From a virus (lineage: Duplodnaviria; Caudoviricetes), in IMG/VR virus record IMGVR_UViG_3300027751_000004, positions 1-64,000 of that record: a stretch of DNA of 64,000 nt, one strand, 5' to 3'. Position 1 is the first letter of the stretch; each line of letters starts with the position of its first letter. Below are positions 1-8,389 of this stretch, in pieces. A model generated the notes under the pieces. It searched no databases, was not told where the DNA came from, and saw nothing but the letters and a program-made list of their open reading frames with translations. Both the position numbers and the translations under genes were made by a program.

Positions 1-58
1 AGTTTCGTCAGCGAACTTAACTTTCATAATATATTCTCTCATCTCAATTTATACAAGT

Positions 59-87
59 ATTATACTACATTCAAACAGTAAAGTAAA
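59..87 (-). promoter_or_regulatory. early sigma70-type promoter
   Basis: TTTACT-17bp-TATAAT on the minus strand; drives a gene starting at 27 that runs off the window. Confidence 0.8.
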
Positions 88-104
88 GCATTTTTTAAAA
101 AATA

Positions 105-122
105 AGGGGGATTAACCCCCCT
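105..122. terminator. intrinsic terminator hairpin
   Basis: AGGGGG-ATTAA-CCCCC stem; T-rich run follows on the minus strand after ORF 128..295. Confidence 0.7.
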
Positions 123-127
123 AATCG

Positions 128-295
128 CTATAGATTTTTAGACCAGCTTTTTAGTAGGGTATCAACATTAGTACCCCAAAAGGTTTCAAGGACTTCGCGA
201 TTAGCCTCAAGCCAAGCGATTTTATTTTCGACAGTTTCAATAGCTTTAAACTCATCAACTAATACTACATACTCAAGATTTTCAAGTTTAGACAT
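128..295 (-). CDS. small early hypothetical protein
   Basis: ORF with GAGAG-type RBS directly behind an early promoter. Confidence 0.7.
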   Translation of the reverse strand: MSKLENLEYVVLVDEFKAIETVENKIAWLEANREVLETFWGTNVDTLLKSWSKNL

Positions 296-324
296 AATAT
301 ATTCTCTCATCAATTTATACACGT

Positions 325-353
325 ATTATACTACATGTATCTACAAAAGTAAA
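325..353 (-). promoter_or_regulatory. early sigma70-type promoter
   Basis: TTTACT-17bp-TATAAT. Confidence 0.8.
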
Positions 354-377
354 GGTTTTTTTTGATTATTTTTAGAA

Positions 378-385
378 TATAAATA
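378..385 (+). promoter_or_regulatory. T4-type late promoter
   Basis: TATAAATA upstream of the lipoprotein gene. Confidence 0.65.
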
Positions 386-466
386 ATATTGTCCAACGCC
401 ATAAAGTTAGCAATTACCACATGACGTTGAACAACATAAATGCTAATATAATAAGGAGCTAAAAAA

Positions 467-667
467 ATGAAGATGATCTATGCAATCTTCGCAGTAGTCC
501 TATTAGCAGGATGCAACACAATCGACTCAACATACAACAGCGCACAGAACATCGTGCAAGGGGTTAAAGACGACGTTGTAGGCATTACTGCTGGTACTCT
601 TGATAGCGTTAGTGGCGTTATCAGAGACACTGCCGAGAAGACAGACCCACCCAGTAAGAGTGAGTAG
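467..667 (+). CDS. small lipoprotein (entericidin-like architecture)
   Basis: Signal peptide with lipobox LAGC, amphipathic body, AAGGAG RBS. Confidence 0.7.
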   Translation: MKMIYAIFAVVLLAGCNTIDSTYNSAQNIVQGVKDDVVGITAGTLDSVSGVIRDTAEKTDPPSKSE

Positions 668-690
668 TATTATTTATACGAGAAACTAAG

Positions 691-698
691 TATAAATA
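691..698 (+). promoter_or_regulatory. T4-type late promoter
   Basis: Intergenic TATAAATA; a divergent copy lies at 671..678 on the minus strand. Confidence 0.5.
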
Positions 699-764
699 CC
701 TAGTTTACAATTAAGTAGCTACTTTGCCATGGACGGCATTTATTATTTTTAGGATTAAAAACCT

Positions 765-772
765 TATAAATA
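765..772 (+). promoter_or_regulatory. T4-type late promoter of the 832..5272 operon
   Basis: TATAAATA about 60 bp upstream of ATG 832. Confidence 0.65.
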
Positions 773-831
773 GATATTGTAACATATGATTACATTAATA
801 AATAAACTGAAATATTTTGGGATAAAGAATT

Positions 832-1425
832 ATGAAACTCGGAATGACTTTGATTGCTGGAATACTAGCGATGACTTCGACACTGGCGTTAGCGGAAACT
901 ACAGAGACACAGGAAACTACTGAAAACGTTCCTATCGTAGACCCTAATAAAATCGTTACCGATTCAACAACGACAAGCACAGTAACTACTCAAGCAGATG
1001 CGACAACAACAGTAAAGTCGCCACCCCCATCCGCTATTAGTCCACAAATTAATACGTCTAACTCCGATCTATGTACGACTGGGGTTTCAGGAGCAATTCA
1101 AACCCAGATATTAGGTATATCTGCTGGTAGAACTGTTCGGGATATGAATTGCGAAAGGTTAAAACTTTCCAAGACATTATTCGATATGGGTATGAAAGTA
1201 GCAGCAGTATCTGCATTGTGTCAGGACAAAAGAGTCTTTGATGCTATGATGAACGCTGGTACACCTTGTCCATATGATGGCGTTATCGGTAAAGAAGCAA
1301 AAGATCTTTGGGAATTAAATGGCGGTCAGCCAGTAGAAGAAGAAGATAAGGGTATGAGTAATGAGAGCAAAACATTGCTTGGTGGGGCTGGCGTTGCTAG
1401 TCTCCTCATTTTATTGCTACTCTGA
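832..1425 (+). CDS. exported protein: Thr-rich linker, 4-Cys domain, C-terminal membrane anchor
   Basis: Sec signal (ALA|E), C-terminal GGAGVASLLILLLL. Confidence 0.7.
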   Translation: MKLGMTLIAGILAMTSTLALAETTETQETTENVPIVDPNKIVTDSTTTSTVTTQADATTTVKSPPPSAISPQINTSNSDLCTTGVSGAIQTQILGISAGRTVRDMNCERLKLSKTLFDMGMKVAAVSALCQDKRVFDAMMNAGTPCPYDGVIGKEAKDLWELNGGQPVEEEDKGMSNESKTLLGGAGVASLLILLLL

Positions 1426-2272
1426 TGTAGTCGCTGGGACAACCCAGAATGCTGCAGCCACCTCAATGAATTGGGTGATGCAGAATGTTTTACCGCAACA
1501 GGCAGGGTTAACAGTAAATGCCTTGATATATCGTTACACGGTTGAAAAAGAGACCGAAGACGATATGGTAGTAGACATAAGAAACAAGAATGCAAAGGGA
1601 GACGAGTTTGGTTATATCTTCTCTCAGAGGGATAATTGGTCAGGAGTTCCTGGAAACAGCTTGACGCAAGTAGCACCTATAAACGATATTCCTATTGAGT
1701 ATTGGGGTGATGGCGAAATAGCAGTAGAAGGGAAGGGTAAAGTTGTTGACCCATTTATTTCATATTCATATAAATACGATACATGCTATGATCCTATGAG
1801 TGATCCTAGCTGTCCTGGATATGATAATGCTATGAGTGATTTCCTTAAACAGTTTTTGGAGGATGTTCAGAACGTAGAAGGATACTACGACCCAACCACG
1901 GATGAGTGGGTACAGCTTCAAATGGAAACCGATTCTGAGGTCGATGAAGAGACCGATGAAGAGAGGGAAGAAAGAGAGAAAATGGAAGAGGAAGGACAGG
2001 GAGTCGAAAAAGACGAGAGGTTAGTTGCGTTACAAGCAAATAACAATTTACTAGCCGAAGTCGCAAAAGTGTCGCAGGATTCATTATTAAATATTATTAA
2101 TAGTGTTCCTAGCTTCAGCGTTTATTATCAAGCGCAAATGACTGGAGGTGCGTATGCAGATGTACAAGGTTATTCTTCTGAGCGTATTCCAGATAATAAA
2201 AAGGGGTTGAGAGTAGGACTGGCTCAACAATTGTTACACACTGAGATGGTCAATTCTCAATTCAATAAATAG
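1361..2272 (+). CDS. exported acidic protein
   Basis: Hydrophobic N-terminus, beta-rich N domain, CYDPMSDPSCPGY motif, Glu-rich linker. Confidence 0.65.
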   Translation: MRAKHCLVGLALLVSSFYCYSDVVAGTTQNAAATSMNWVMQNVLPQQAGLTVNALIYRYTVEKETEDDMVVDIRNKNAKGDEFGYIFSQRDNWSGVPGNSLTQVAPINDIPIEYWGDGEIAVEGKGKVVDPFISYSYKYDTCYDPMSDPSCPGYDNAMSDFLKQFLEDVQNVEGYYDPTTDEWVQLQMETDSEVDEETDEEREEREKMEEEGQGVEKDERLVALQANNNLLAEVAKVSQDSLLNIINSVPSFSVYYQAQMTGGAYADVQGYSSERIPDNKKGLRVGLAQQLLHTEMVNSQFNK

Positions 2273-2283
2273 GAGAACGCTAG

Positions 2284-2781
2284 ATGTTCAAAAAATCATT
2301 AACCGCTGCAGCAATTTTATTCGCAGCAAGTGCTCAAGCTGCAGATGTTCCGATTACTGGTAACGTTGCTTCTAAATGTACAATCTACACAGACACGCAA
2401 GGGGTTTATGGTAACCCATTGCCAAATACACTAAGTACTCTACCAGCAGATGGCGGTGTTAAGCCAGTTATCCGTTATGACGTAGTAAATGGTGGCATGT
2501 ATAAAGCCGTTATTGCTACTCCAGATGAATTCACTGCTAGCCCAAATATCGATGATGTGCTAGACTGGGAAGGATCTATTGCTGTTGCTGAAGTATCAGA
2601 TGCTCAAATGTCTGACTACGAAAACAACAAGGTATTGTATGATAACGTAACTGAGATCGAACTGACTGTTGCTGGTTCTACTTGGTTTGACGTTACTTCG
2701 TCTGTAGACTATGGCGTAGGTAAAGCACTTCCAGGTGGTACTTACCGTGCACTAGTTTCTGCTGAGTGTATTGCTCTGTAG
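2284..2781 (+). CDS. exported fimbrial-subunit/Csu-like beta-sandwich protein
   Basis: Signal AQA|A, then VPITGNVASKCTI (pilin-like N-terminus); C-terminal PGGTYRALV strand; AGGAG RBS. Confidence 0.55.
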   Translation: MFKKSLTAAAILFAASAQAADVPITGNVASKCTIYTDTQGVYGNPLPNTLSTLPADGGVKPVIRYDVVNGGMYKAVIATPDEFTASPNIDDVLDWEGSIAVAEVSDAQMSDYENNKVLYDNVTEIELTVAGSTWFDVTSSVDYGVGKALPGGTYRALVSAECIAL

Positions 2782-2782
2782 T

Positions 2783-3163
2783 ATGAAGCACTTTTTGTTA
2801 TTTGTGTTTTGTGTGTTAGTGTCTGCTGGTGTTAAATCGCATCAGTGGACACCGACCTACCCTGACCTTGAGAGATCTCATATAAAAAACGTCAGGATGG
2901 TCAATATGGAACTTTGGAATAAGAGGGAAGAAGTCCAATTCTACGAACTTAAAGTGTTCGATTCAGAATGGAGACCAGTACCCTTTGCTACAACAAACCG
3001 TGTAGTAGAAGTACCATATCTAAAAAGAAAAAAGATTCAGATATACATTAGGGAAATAGATGCTAGCAGAGTAACTTATATCTGCTCTAGGTCTAAAATT
3101 GTTAAGGAAGACGTTGACGCAACTCCAATATCATCAAGGATTTGCTCTAAAATAAAAACTTAA
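2783..3163 (+). CDS. exported PapD-like (pilus chaperone-like) Ig-domain protein
   Basis: Signal peptide, WTP..., MELWNK, beta-strand pattern, two C-terminal Cys. Confidence 0.45.
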   Translation: MKHFLLFVFCVLVSAGVKSHQWTPTYPDLERSHIKNVRMVNMELWNKREEVQFYELKVFDSEWRPVPFATTNRVVEVPYLKRKKIQIYIREIDASRVTYICSRSKIVKEDVDATPISSRICSKIKT

Positions 3164-3175
3164 TTGGAATTATGA

Positions 3176-3613
3176 ATGAAACGTTTTGCTATTGTTATTT
3201 TATTGTTTGCAGTCAATGCTAATTCTACTGAGAATATGTCGCTATCAATGCCGTCAGCTTCTCAGAACTTTCAGTCAGATAGAGTACGTGCTGATGGGTT
3301 TGAGTGTCAAAATGCTATCGGCTCTGGCACAAATTTAGAATTTGGTGTTGTGGGTATTTTAGATAGAGGCGAAGACCCATATAATTTTTATGGCGACGAT
3401 ATCAATACTCAGATGGCTTCTGGTAATAGGATTATGGACGGTAAAGCAAAAGACGTAGGTGTCTATGCTCGAATAATCGTTCCTATCGGTGGACCCAAAG
3501 AAAGAGTTAATTGTAATACCCTATACCAATTAGAGTTGAGAAAAAGAAGGTTACAAGTACAAAAATTAGAACAAGAACTTAACCAATTACGAAATATGGA
3601 ATTTGAAAATTAA
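3176..3613 (+). CDS. exported protein with amphipathic beta-hairpin and C-terminal coiled coil
   Basis: Signal ANS; strands TNLEFGVVG and VGVYARIIVPIG; heptad tail. Confidence 0.55.
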   Translation: MKRFAIVILLFAVNANSTENMSLSMPSASQNFQSDRVRADGFECQNAIGSGTNLEFGVVGILDRGEDPYNFYGDDINTQMASGNRIMDGKAKDVGVYARIIVPIGGPKERVNCNTLYQLELRKRRLQVQKLEQELNQLRNMEFEN

Positions 3614-3625
3614 AGGGTAATCACC

Positions 3626-4348
3626 ATGATAGAATATTGCCATAAAATGGCTAAGTGTGCATCGTATGCATACTTTGATAAAAAAGAAGGTAAAAAGTTT
3701 TTTACATTACTGGGTTATACCAAACATAAATTTATAGATGTTGATGGTGCTCAGTGTCATGTAGCTTGGAACGACGGAGAGATGGTACTAGCATTCCGTG
3801 GTACAGAACCTGATGAGTTTTCTGACATTAAAGCAGATCTAAATGCTTTCCCTGATCAAGCATGGAATGGCCATGGCTTGGTTCATAATGGATTCCAAGA
3901 AGAATTAAATAAGATCTGGGACAAGGTTCTAGATGCTCTTAAAATACAAGGCGATAGAGAGTTACACATTACTGGGCATAGCCTTGGTGGTGCTATGGCT
4001 ACACTAGCGACCTCTCGTCTTAGAGAAAAGACTCGTTGCCTATACACTTATGGATCTCCAAGAGTAGGTACTCGTCGTTTTGTTAAATCAATCAATGTTC
4101 CGCATTATCGTCATGTAAATAATAACGATATCGTAACTAAAGTACCGTTTGCTATTATGGGTTACAAGCATCATGGTCACTTACGTTATATTAATCACTA
4201 TGGCGAGATACGTCATATGACTGTATGGCAAAGAGTTAAAGATCAATTTAGAGGTAGGTTTGCAGCATGGCGTAACTGTAAACCATTCGATGGGGCATTT
4301 GACCACAGCTGTGAATACTACGTCAAATACACAAGGTGTAACTGCTAA
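3626..4348 (+). CDS. class 3 lipase
   Basis: AFRGT, VHNGF, GHSLGGA nucleophile motif, TYGSPRVG, DIVTKVP. Confidence 0.9.
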   Translation: MIEYCHKMAKCASYAYFDKKEGKKFFTLLGYTKHKFIDVDGAQCHVAWNDGEMVLAFRGTEPDEFSDIKADLNAFPDQAWNGHGLVHNGFQEELNKIWDKVLDALKIQGDRELHITGHSLGGAMATLATSRLREKTRCLYTYGSPRVGTRRFVKSINVPHYRHVNNNDIVTKVPFAIMGYKHHGHLRYINHYGEIRHMTVWQRVKDQFRGRFAAWRNCKPFDGAFDHSCEYYVKYTRCNC

Positions 4349-4623
4349 TGGAATTACTAGATAAATTAACAAGCGACACATTATGGATTTATACAGCCAT
4401 ACTAGGTTCTTTATTCGGTGCTGCATTTCTAGCATATTTTAAAGATACTCGTGCTGGTCTATGGTGTTATGCTAAACTGGATCAATTTTTAGATTATCTG
4501 GTAGATAAATATGAACTTTCTTGGTTTGAACAACCAACAGATGCATGGCGTAAAAAATACCCATATGTTACTAAAAAGATTGATGAGTTAGAAAATAGAA
4601 TTAAACAATTGGAGAGAAAATAA
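4348..4623 (+). CDS. small membrane protein (possible holin)
   Basis: One N-terminal TM helix, charged coiled-coil C-terminus. Confidence 0.5.
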   Translation: MELLDKLTSDTLWIYTAILGSLFGAAFLAYFKDTRAGLWCYAKLDQFLDYLVDKYELSWFEQPTDAWRKKYPYVTKKIDELENRIKQLERK

Positions 4624-4760
4624 TGGCAAAGGCAAAGGGATCTACATCTGCTCTTGTTCCTACAATTAAAGGTACAAGTCTCGGCAGACGACCAAACACT
4701 TCTTCTATGAACAAATCAAAGAAGCGTTCATTTAAGAAATATAGAGGGCAGGGCAAGTAA
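4623..4760 (+). CDS. 45-aa basic protein (not in ORF track)
   Basis: MAKAKGSTSALVP...KKRSFKKYRGQGK; TAATG coupling at both ends. Confidence 0.65.
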   Translation: MAKAKGSTSALVPTIKGTSLGRRPNTSSMNKSKKRSFKKYRGQGK

Positions 4761-5272
4761 TGGCTGAGTTTGAATTTGGCGGTATGACGTTTAAGGGTGG
4801 TAAGATATTTGTTCTTATGACTGCTCTTTCTACTCTTGGGGGTGCTTCTTGGGCTGGCTTCGAGTTCTATAAAGATTACATGGACATGAAAGAGATTGTC
4901 CAGAATATCGACGTAGATGCTATTCGTCAGGAGAGAGAATTGCTACAGCAAGAGTTAAAGGGTGCGTTGAGTAAAGTTGACGATGCTATTGAGTACACAC
5001 GTGACATTAAGACTGGCTTAAGAGACGATATCTTAGGTATCGAGAAACAAGCAGATCGTGTAGAGGATATGGTAAGGGAAACAGAAGACGAAGTACGCTC
5101 TACAATTCAGAACGCAGAAGAACGCTTCGACCAAAAGCGTGATGCCCTGCAATCTGATTATGATCGCAAGGCATCAGCACTCCGTGACAACACGGAACAA
5201 AAACTTAAAGACTTAGAAGAAAGGTTATCCAGTAGATTACAACTAGCACTGGACAACCCATTATCTAATTAA
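4760..5272 (+). CDS. membrane-anchored coiled-coil protein
   Basis: N-terminal TM segment, long heptad region, ends LDNPLSN. Confidence 0.7.
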   Translation: MAEFEFGGMTFKGGKIFVLMTALSTLGGASWAGFEFYKDYMDMKEIVQNIDVDAIRQERELLQQELKGALSKVDDAIEYTRDIKTGLRDDILGIEKQADRVEDMVRETEDEVRSTIQNAEERFDQKRDALQSDYDRKASALRDNTEQKLKDLEERLSSRLQLALDNPLSN

Positions 5273-5550
5273 GATCCGTAGTAAGCATCTGTTTTAAAGG
5301 ATACGAACTTATCCTTACGGAAAGATCTCCATCCATTTGCTTCAAGGTCGAATACTGTTACAACGTTCTCGTTTACTGCTCGAGCCTCTGCACGGTTAAG
5401 ACCTTCATTAAGCGTAGGGGTAAATGCTTCGGGGATTAGATCACCATTGCGTGTACCATATAACTCACGGATCGATCCATCAGCCTTTTCAAACTTGATA
5501 CGTGCTGTACCATCATTCAACGCTTCTACTGCATTATTTAAAACTTCCAT
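5269..5550 (-). CDS. WYL/SH3-like small protein
   Basis: FEKADGSIR...GTRN...FDLEANGWRSFR pattern. Confidence 0.6.
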   Translation of the reverse strand: MEVLNNAVEALNDGTARIKFEKADGSIRELYGTRNGDLIPEAFTPTLNEGLNRAEARAVNENVVTVFDLEANGWRSFRKDKFVSFKTDAYYGS

Positions 5551-5574
5551 AATATTACTCCACTTTATTTAAAT

Positions 5575-6000
5575 TTAAATTTCTTCAATTGTTATCTCAC
5601 CATAGAAAGAAGTTTCAGATTCTTCTACGTGATAACCACTATCGTCAAGGTATGATTCACCTTGCTCATCAACGCCATCCCAGACTTCGTCGATAGTTCC
5701 ATCTAATTCTTCCTCTTCAGAGAAACCTCTTACATCATCTACTTCGGTAGAACCATCAAACGATGCTTGAAACTCTGAATATTCGAAATCATATGGGTCA
5801 AAAGATCCATCATCTTCTTGATTAGATGCGACCTCTAACTTTAAAACCTCATCTTGGTTCTGAGGAGTGATATTAACAGAACCACTCTTCCATACTGTGG
5901 TCAATTCTACCCTTTTGTCTCCATTAACCCAAGTTTCTTTTTCTTGGTAATTATATTTACTAGGAGAAACCGCATATCTTTTACCTATTTCAAAACTCAT
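5575..6000 (-). CDS. acidic hypothetical protein (paralog family with 11541 and 14548)
   Basis: Shared motifs, see findings. Confidence 0.65.
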   Translation of the reverse strand: MSFEIGKRYAVSPSKYNYQEKETWVNGDKRVELTTVWKSGSVNITPQNQDEVLKLEVASNQEDDGSFDPYDFEYSEFQASFDGSTEVDDVRGFSEEEELDGTIDEVWDGVDEQGESYLDDSGYHVEESETSFYGEITIEEI

Positions 6001-6003
6001 AAT

Positions 6004-6582
6004 TTATCCTGTAATTGTTTGGTAAATTTCTTTCCAGTTAGCAAGTCTCAGCGCATCACCATCATACGAGGAGTTATGGGCATGAGCCACTAGTATAGAG
6101 TCGAGACCCATTTCAATACCAAGATCAGCATTTGCTGGTTTATCTTCAACCCAGTAGCAGTCAGTGTCTTTATAATCAAGCAGAGCATCATCTTTATCAG
6201 CACCAGTATCAAGGTAAACAAACTTATCAAAGACACTATCACCGAACATTTCACGCAGGTTTTTAGTTCTTAGATGTTGCGCATACTCATCAGTGCTTAG
6301 ACTACTAATACAATGGAAGACATAACCATGATCAGAGTGTAGCTTCTTGATATACTTAATAGCATCTCGTAGTGGAGGGAGTTTACGAATCTGGGCACTT
6401 TCATTAAACATACGAACCAGACGTCTCTTTTCTGGCTTAGAAAGACCATACTTCAGATCAACTTTATACTCGTTTTTAGAGACAACATCATAACCATGCT
6501 TTGCCATCCAGTTCTCGAATGCGAACTCCCAATCAAGCATAACACCATCACAATCAACTAAAATTATTTTATCACGTCTCAA
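6004..6582 (-). CDS. HAD-family 5'(3')-deoxyribonucleotidase
   Basis: DCDGV motif I, WVEDK motif. Confidence 0.8.
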   Translation of the reverse strand: MRRDKIILVDCDGVMLDWEFAFENWMAKHGYDVVSKNEYKVDLKYGLSKPEKRRLVRMFNESAQIRKLPPLRDAIKYIKKLHSDHGYVFHCISSLSTDEYAQHLRTKNLREMFGDSVFDKFVYLDTGADKDDALLDYKDTDCYWVEDKPANADLGIEMGLDSILVAHAHNSSYDGDALRLANWKEIYQTITG

Positions 6583-6614
6583 CTCAACACTCCTTAATCA
6601 CAAAATATACCCAT

Positions 6615-6643
6615 ATTATACTACATTTAAAACTAAAAGTAAA
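6615..6643 (-). promoter_or_regulatory. early sigma70-type promoter
   Basis: TTTACT-17bp-TATAAT. Confidence 0.8.
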
Positions 6644-6646
6644 GTA

Positions 6647-6847
6647 TTATTTTACCCAAACATGAATAAATTTTTCAGGTAATTTATCACAACTATAATA
6701 GGGTTCAACAAAATTCATAACCTTAACACACTCACCTGTCGAATAACTAAACTGAACTTCAGGGATCGACGATAAGTGATCTAAGATAATACAAAACCAA
6801 ACCAAACCACATAATATTGCCGTGGCGTAGAATAACTTATTCATCAT
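6647..6847 (-). CDS. small membrane protein
   Basis: N-terminal TM, Cys pair. Confidence 0.6.
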   Translation of the reverse strand: MMNKLFYATAILCGLVWFCIILDHLSSIPEVQFSYSTGECVKVMNFVEPYYSCDKLPEKFIHVWVK

Positions 6848-7004
6848 TCTTTACCTCTTGAACAATCAAACCTTTAATTCCAGTAGAGAGCATCGCCTTA
6901 TATGCTTCACGCTCTGTATCATAATAAAAATTCTCACCAATCAAAACGATAGACTCTTCTCTATCAACAGGACAACGATCCGTTGGTTTTTTAATTACCC
7001 ACAT
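6837..7004 (-). CDS. 55-aa hypothetical protein (not in ORF track)
   Basis: MWVIKKPTDRCP...; fills the gap between flanking genes with overlaps. Confidence 0.5.
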   Translation of the reverse strand: MWVIKKPTDRCPVDREESIVLIGENFYYDTEREAYKAMLSTGIKGLIVQEVKNDE

Positions 7005-7182
7005 ATGCTTTTACCTTTTTAAATTTACGTCTAGATTTAGAGAATTGTTTTAGAGGATTATTAAACATAATCACGTCAGTAGTGTTACGCTTTACATACC
7101 CAACACAATGTCCTGCAGCGTTGAGTATGTAAGTATGATTAGGCATATCCCAATCAGTTACCTCTTGCAACCAAGTATTCAT
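6991..7182 (-). CDS. early hypothetical protein
   Basis: Coupled ORF in an early cassette. Confidence 0.6.
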   Translation of the reverse strand: MNTWLQEVTDWDMPNHTYILNAAGHCVGYVKRNTTDVIMFNNPLKQFSKSRRKFKKVKAYVGN

Positions 7183-7385
7183 TATGCAGCCTCAGATAAC
7201 TTAGCATGTTCACCATCAGACCTAACCTCGGCAACATAACGCTCTACAGGAGCAGGAACAATATACCCATCAGAAAGAGCCATCTTGTTTTCGGCATAGT
7301 CAACACTCACAGCAATAATCTCTTTCACTTGTAACCATTTGTCTTCATTGACAAGACGAACATAATCACCTTCAAATATAATCAT
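7182..7385 (-). CDS. early hypothetical protein
   Basis: Coupled ORF. Confidence 0.6.
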   Translation of the reverse strand: MIIFEGDYVRLVNEDKWLQVKEIIAVSVDYAENKMALSDGYIVPAPVERYVAEVRSDGEHAKLSEAA

Positions 7386-7582
7386 TATACAGCCTCCAAA
7401 AAACGTGAATCAGTACCATAGTCCATAGCCTGCACGGGGCGATGGTTAACCAGTTCCCAGAAATGTTTGTCTAGGACAGAGAACGATAACAAAGGGGCAA
7501 CCCACTCAGTACCGTCTTCAAACGAAACATAAGTAGGCTCACTTTTCAACGCACTTTCAAGGATATCTAAGCTCATAATCAT
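7385..7582 (-). CDS. early hypothetical protein
   Basis: GAGAG RBS behind an early promoter. Confidence 0.6.
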   Translation of the reverse strand: MIMSLDILESALKSEPTYVSFEDGTEWVAPLLSFSVLDKHFWELVNHRPVQAMDYGTDSRFLEAV

Positions 7583-7607
7583 CTCTCTTTATCAATTCAA
7601 TACAAGT

Positions 7608-7636
7608 ATTATACTTTATTTCAAAGCCAAAGTAAA
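7608..7636 (-). promoter_or_regulatory. early sigma70-type promoter
   Basis: TTTACT-17bp-TATAAT. Confidence 0.8.
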
Positions 7637-7643
7637 GGGTTTT

Positions 7644-7997
7644 TTAAAATAAATAGTTCGGACCAGTCCACTGAATAGAGTAATCTTCAAAGATATTACC
7701 ACGGGCATGGTTACGAGCAGGAGCATTATAACCTGCAGCCATTAAGATATCGCCTTTCTTAAACTTTTTATCATCTTCAAGAACGACAAAACCCCAGACA
7801 CGAGAACCAACATTACCATTATCACGAACTTCGTCGTTGGTAATCTTAAGATACTTGCGTCCAGGTTTTAGGGTTAGTTCGTCACGGAACTTTTCTACTC
7901 TAGTCTCATCATGATACTCAGTTCTCTGAGACCATCTGTCGTAGTCGTTACCGATTCTTTCTAGGAGGGTTGTTACAGCAGTATCAAAATTATTCAT
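7644..7997 (-). CDS. early hypothetical protein of a type common in T4-like phages
   Basis: GRKYLKI...KKGDILMAA...APARNHARGNI. Confidence 0.7.
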   Translation of the reverse strand: MNNFDTAVTTLLERIGNDYDRWSQRTEYHDETRVEKFRDELTLKPGRKYLKITNDEVRDNGNVGSRVWGFVVLEDDKKFKKGDILMAAGYNAPARNHARGNIFEDYSIQWTGPNYLF

Positions 7998-8028
7998 AAA
8001 ATAGTCTCTCATCTCAATTTATACAGGT

Positions 8029-8057
8029 ATTATACCACCTATTGAGATGAAAGGCAA
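8029..8057 (-). promoter_or_regulatory. early sigma70-type promoter
   Basis: TTGCCT-17bp-TATAAT. Confidence 0.75.
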
Positions 8058-8118
8058 GGTTTTTTATAACTTTTTTTATAATATTTTGTTATATGCTTAG
8101 AACTTTTCAGTATATGGC

Positions 8119-8373
8119 TTAATAAACCGCCATAATACTTTCTGCTGGTAGGAGACCAGCTTTCTCGCCTTCATGACGAACCTTCACTACGCCAGCCCAG
8201 CTAGTTACTACTTTATCTCCAGCTTCGATGCCTTCAACTTCTGGACCGACTGCCAGAACAATTGCTGGTTTAGCTACATCTGGTGCGGCACCAGACATAA
8301 TAATACCTCCAGCCGATACCGCATCTTCACCTTTTACTTCAACAACAAGTACAAAATCTTTTAATGGTTTCAT
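8119..8373 (-). CDS. groES: GroES/Cpn10-like co-chaperonin
   Basis: MKPLKDFVLV, SAGGII mobile loop, VLAVGP, GDKV. Confidence 0.8.
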   Translation of the reverse strand: MKPLKDFVLVVEVKGEDAVSAGGIIMSGAAPDVAKPAIVLAVGPEVEGIEAGDKVVTSWAGVVKVRHEGEKAGLLPAESIMAVY

Positions 8374-8389
8374 TTCAATTCCTTAATAA

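Noticed and set aside
700-750. Short late RNA between TATAAATA at 691 and the TGCC/GGCA hairpin
   Set aside because: The stem is only 4 bp, too weak to support a discrete ncRNA call.
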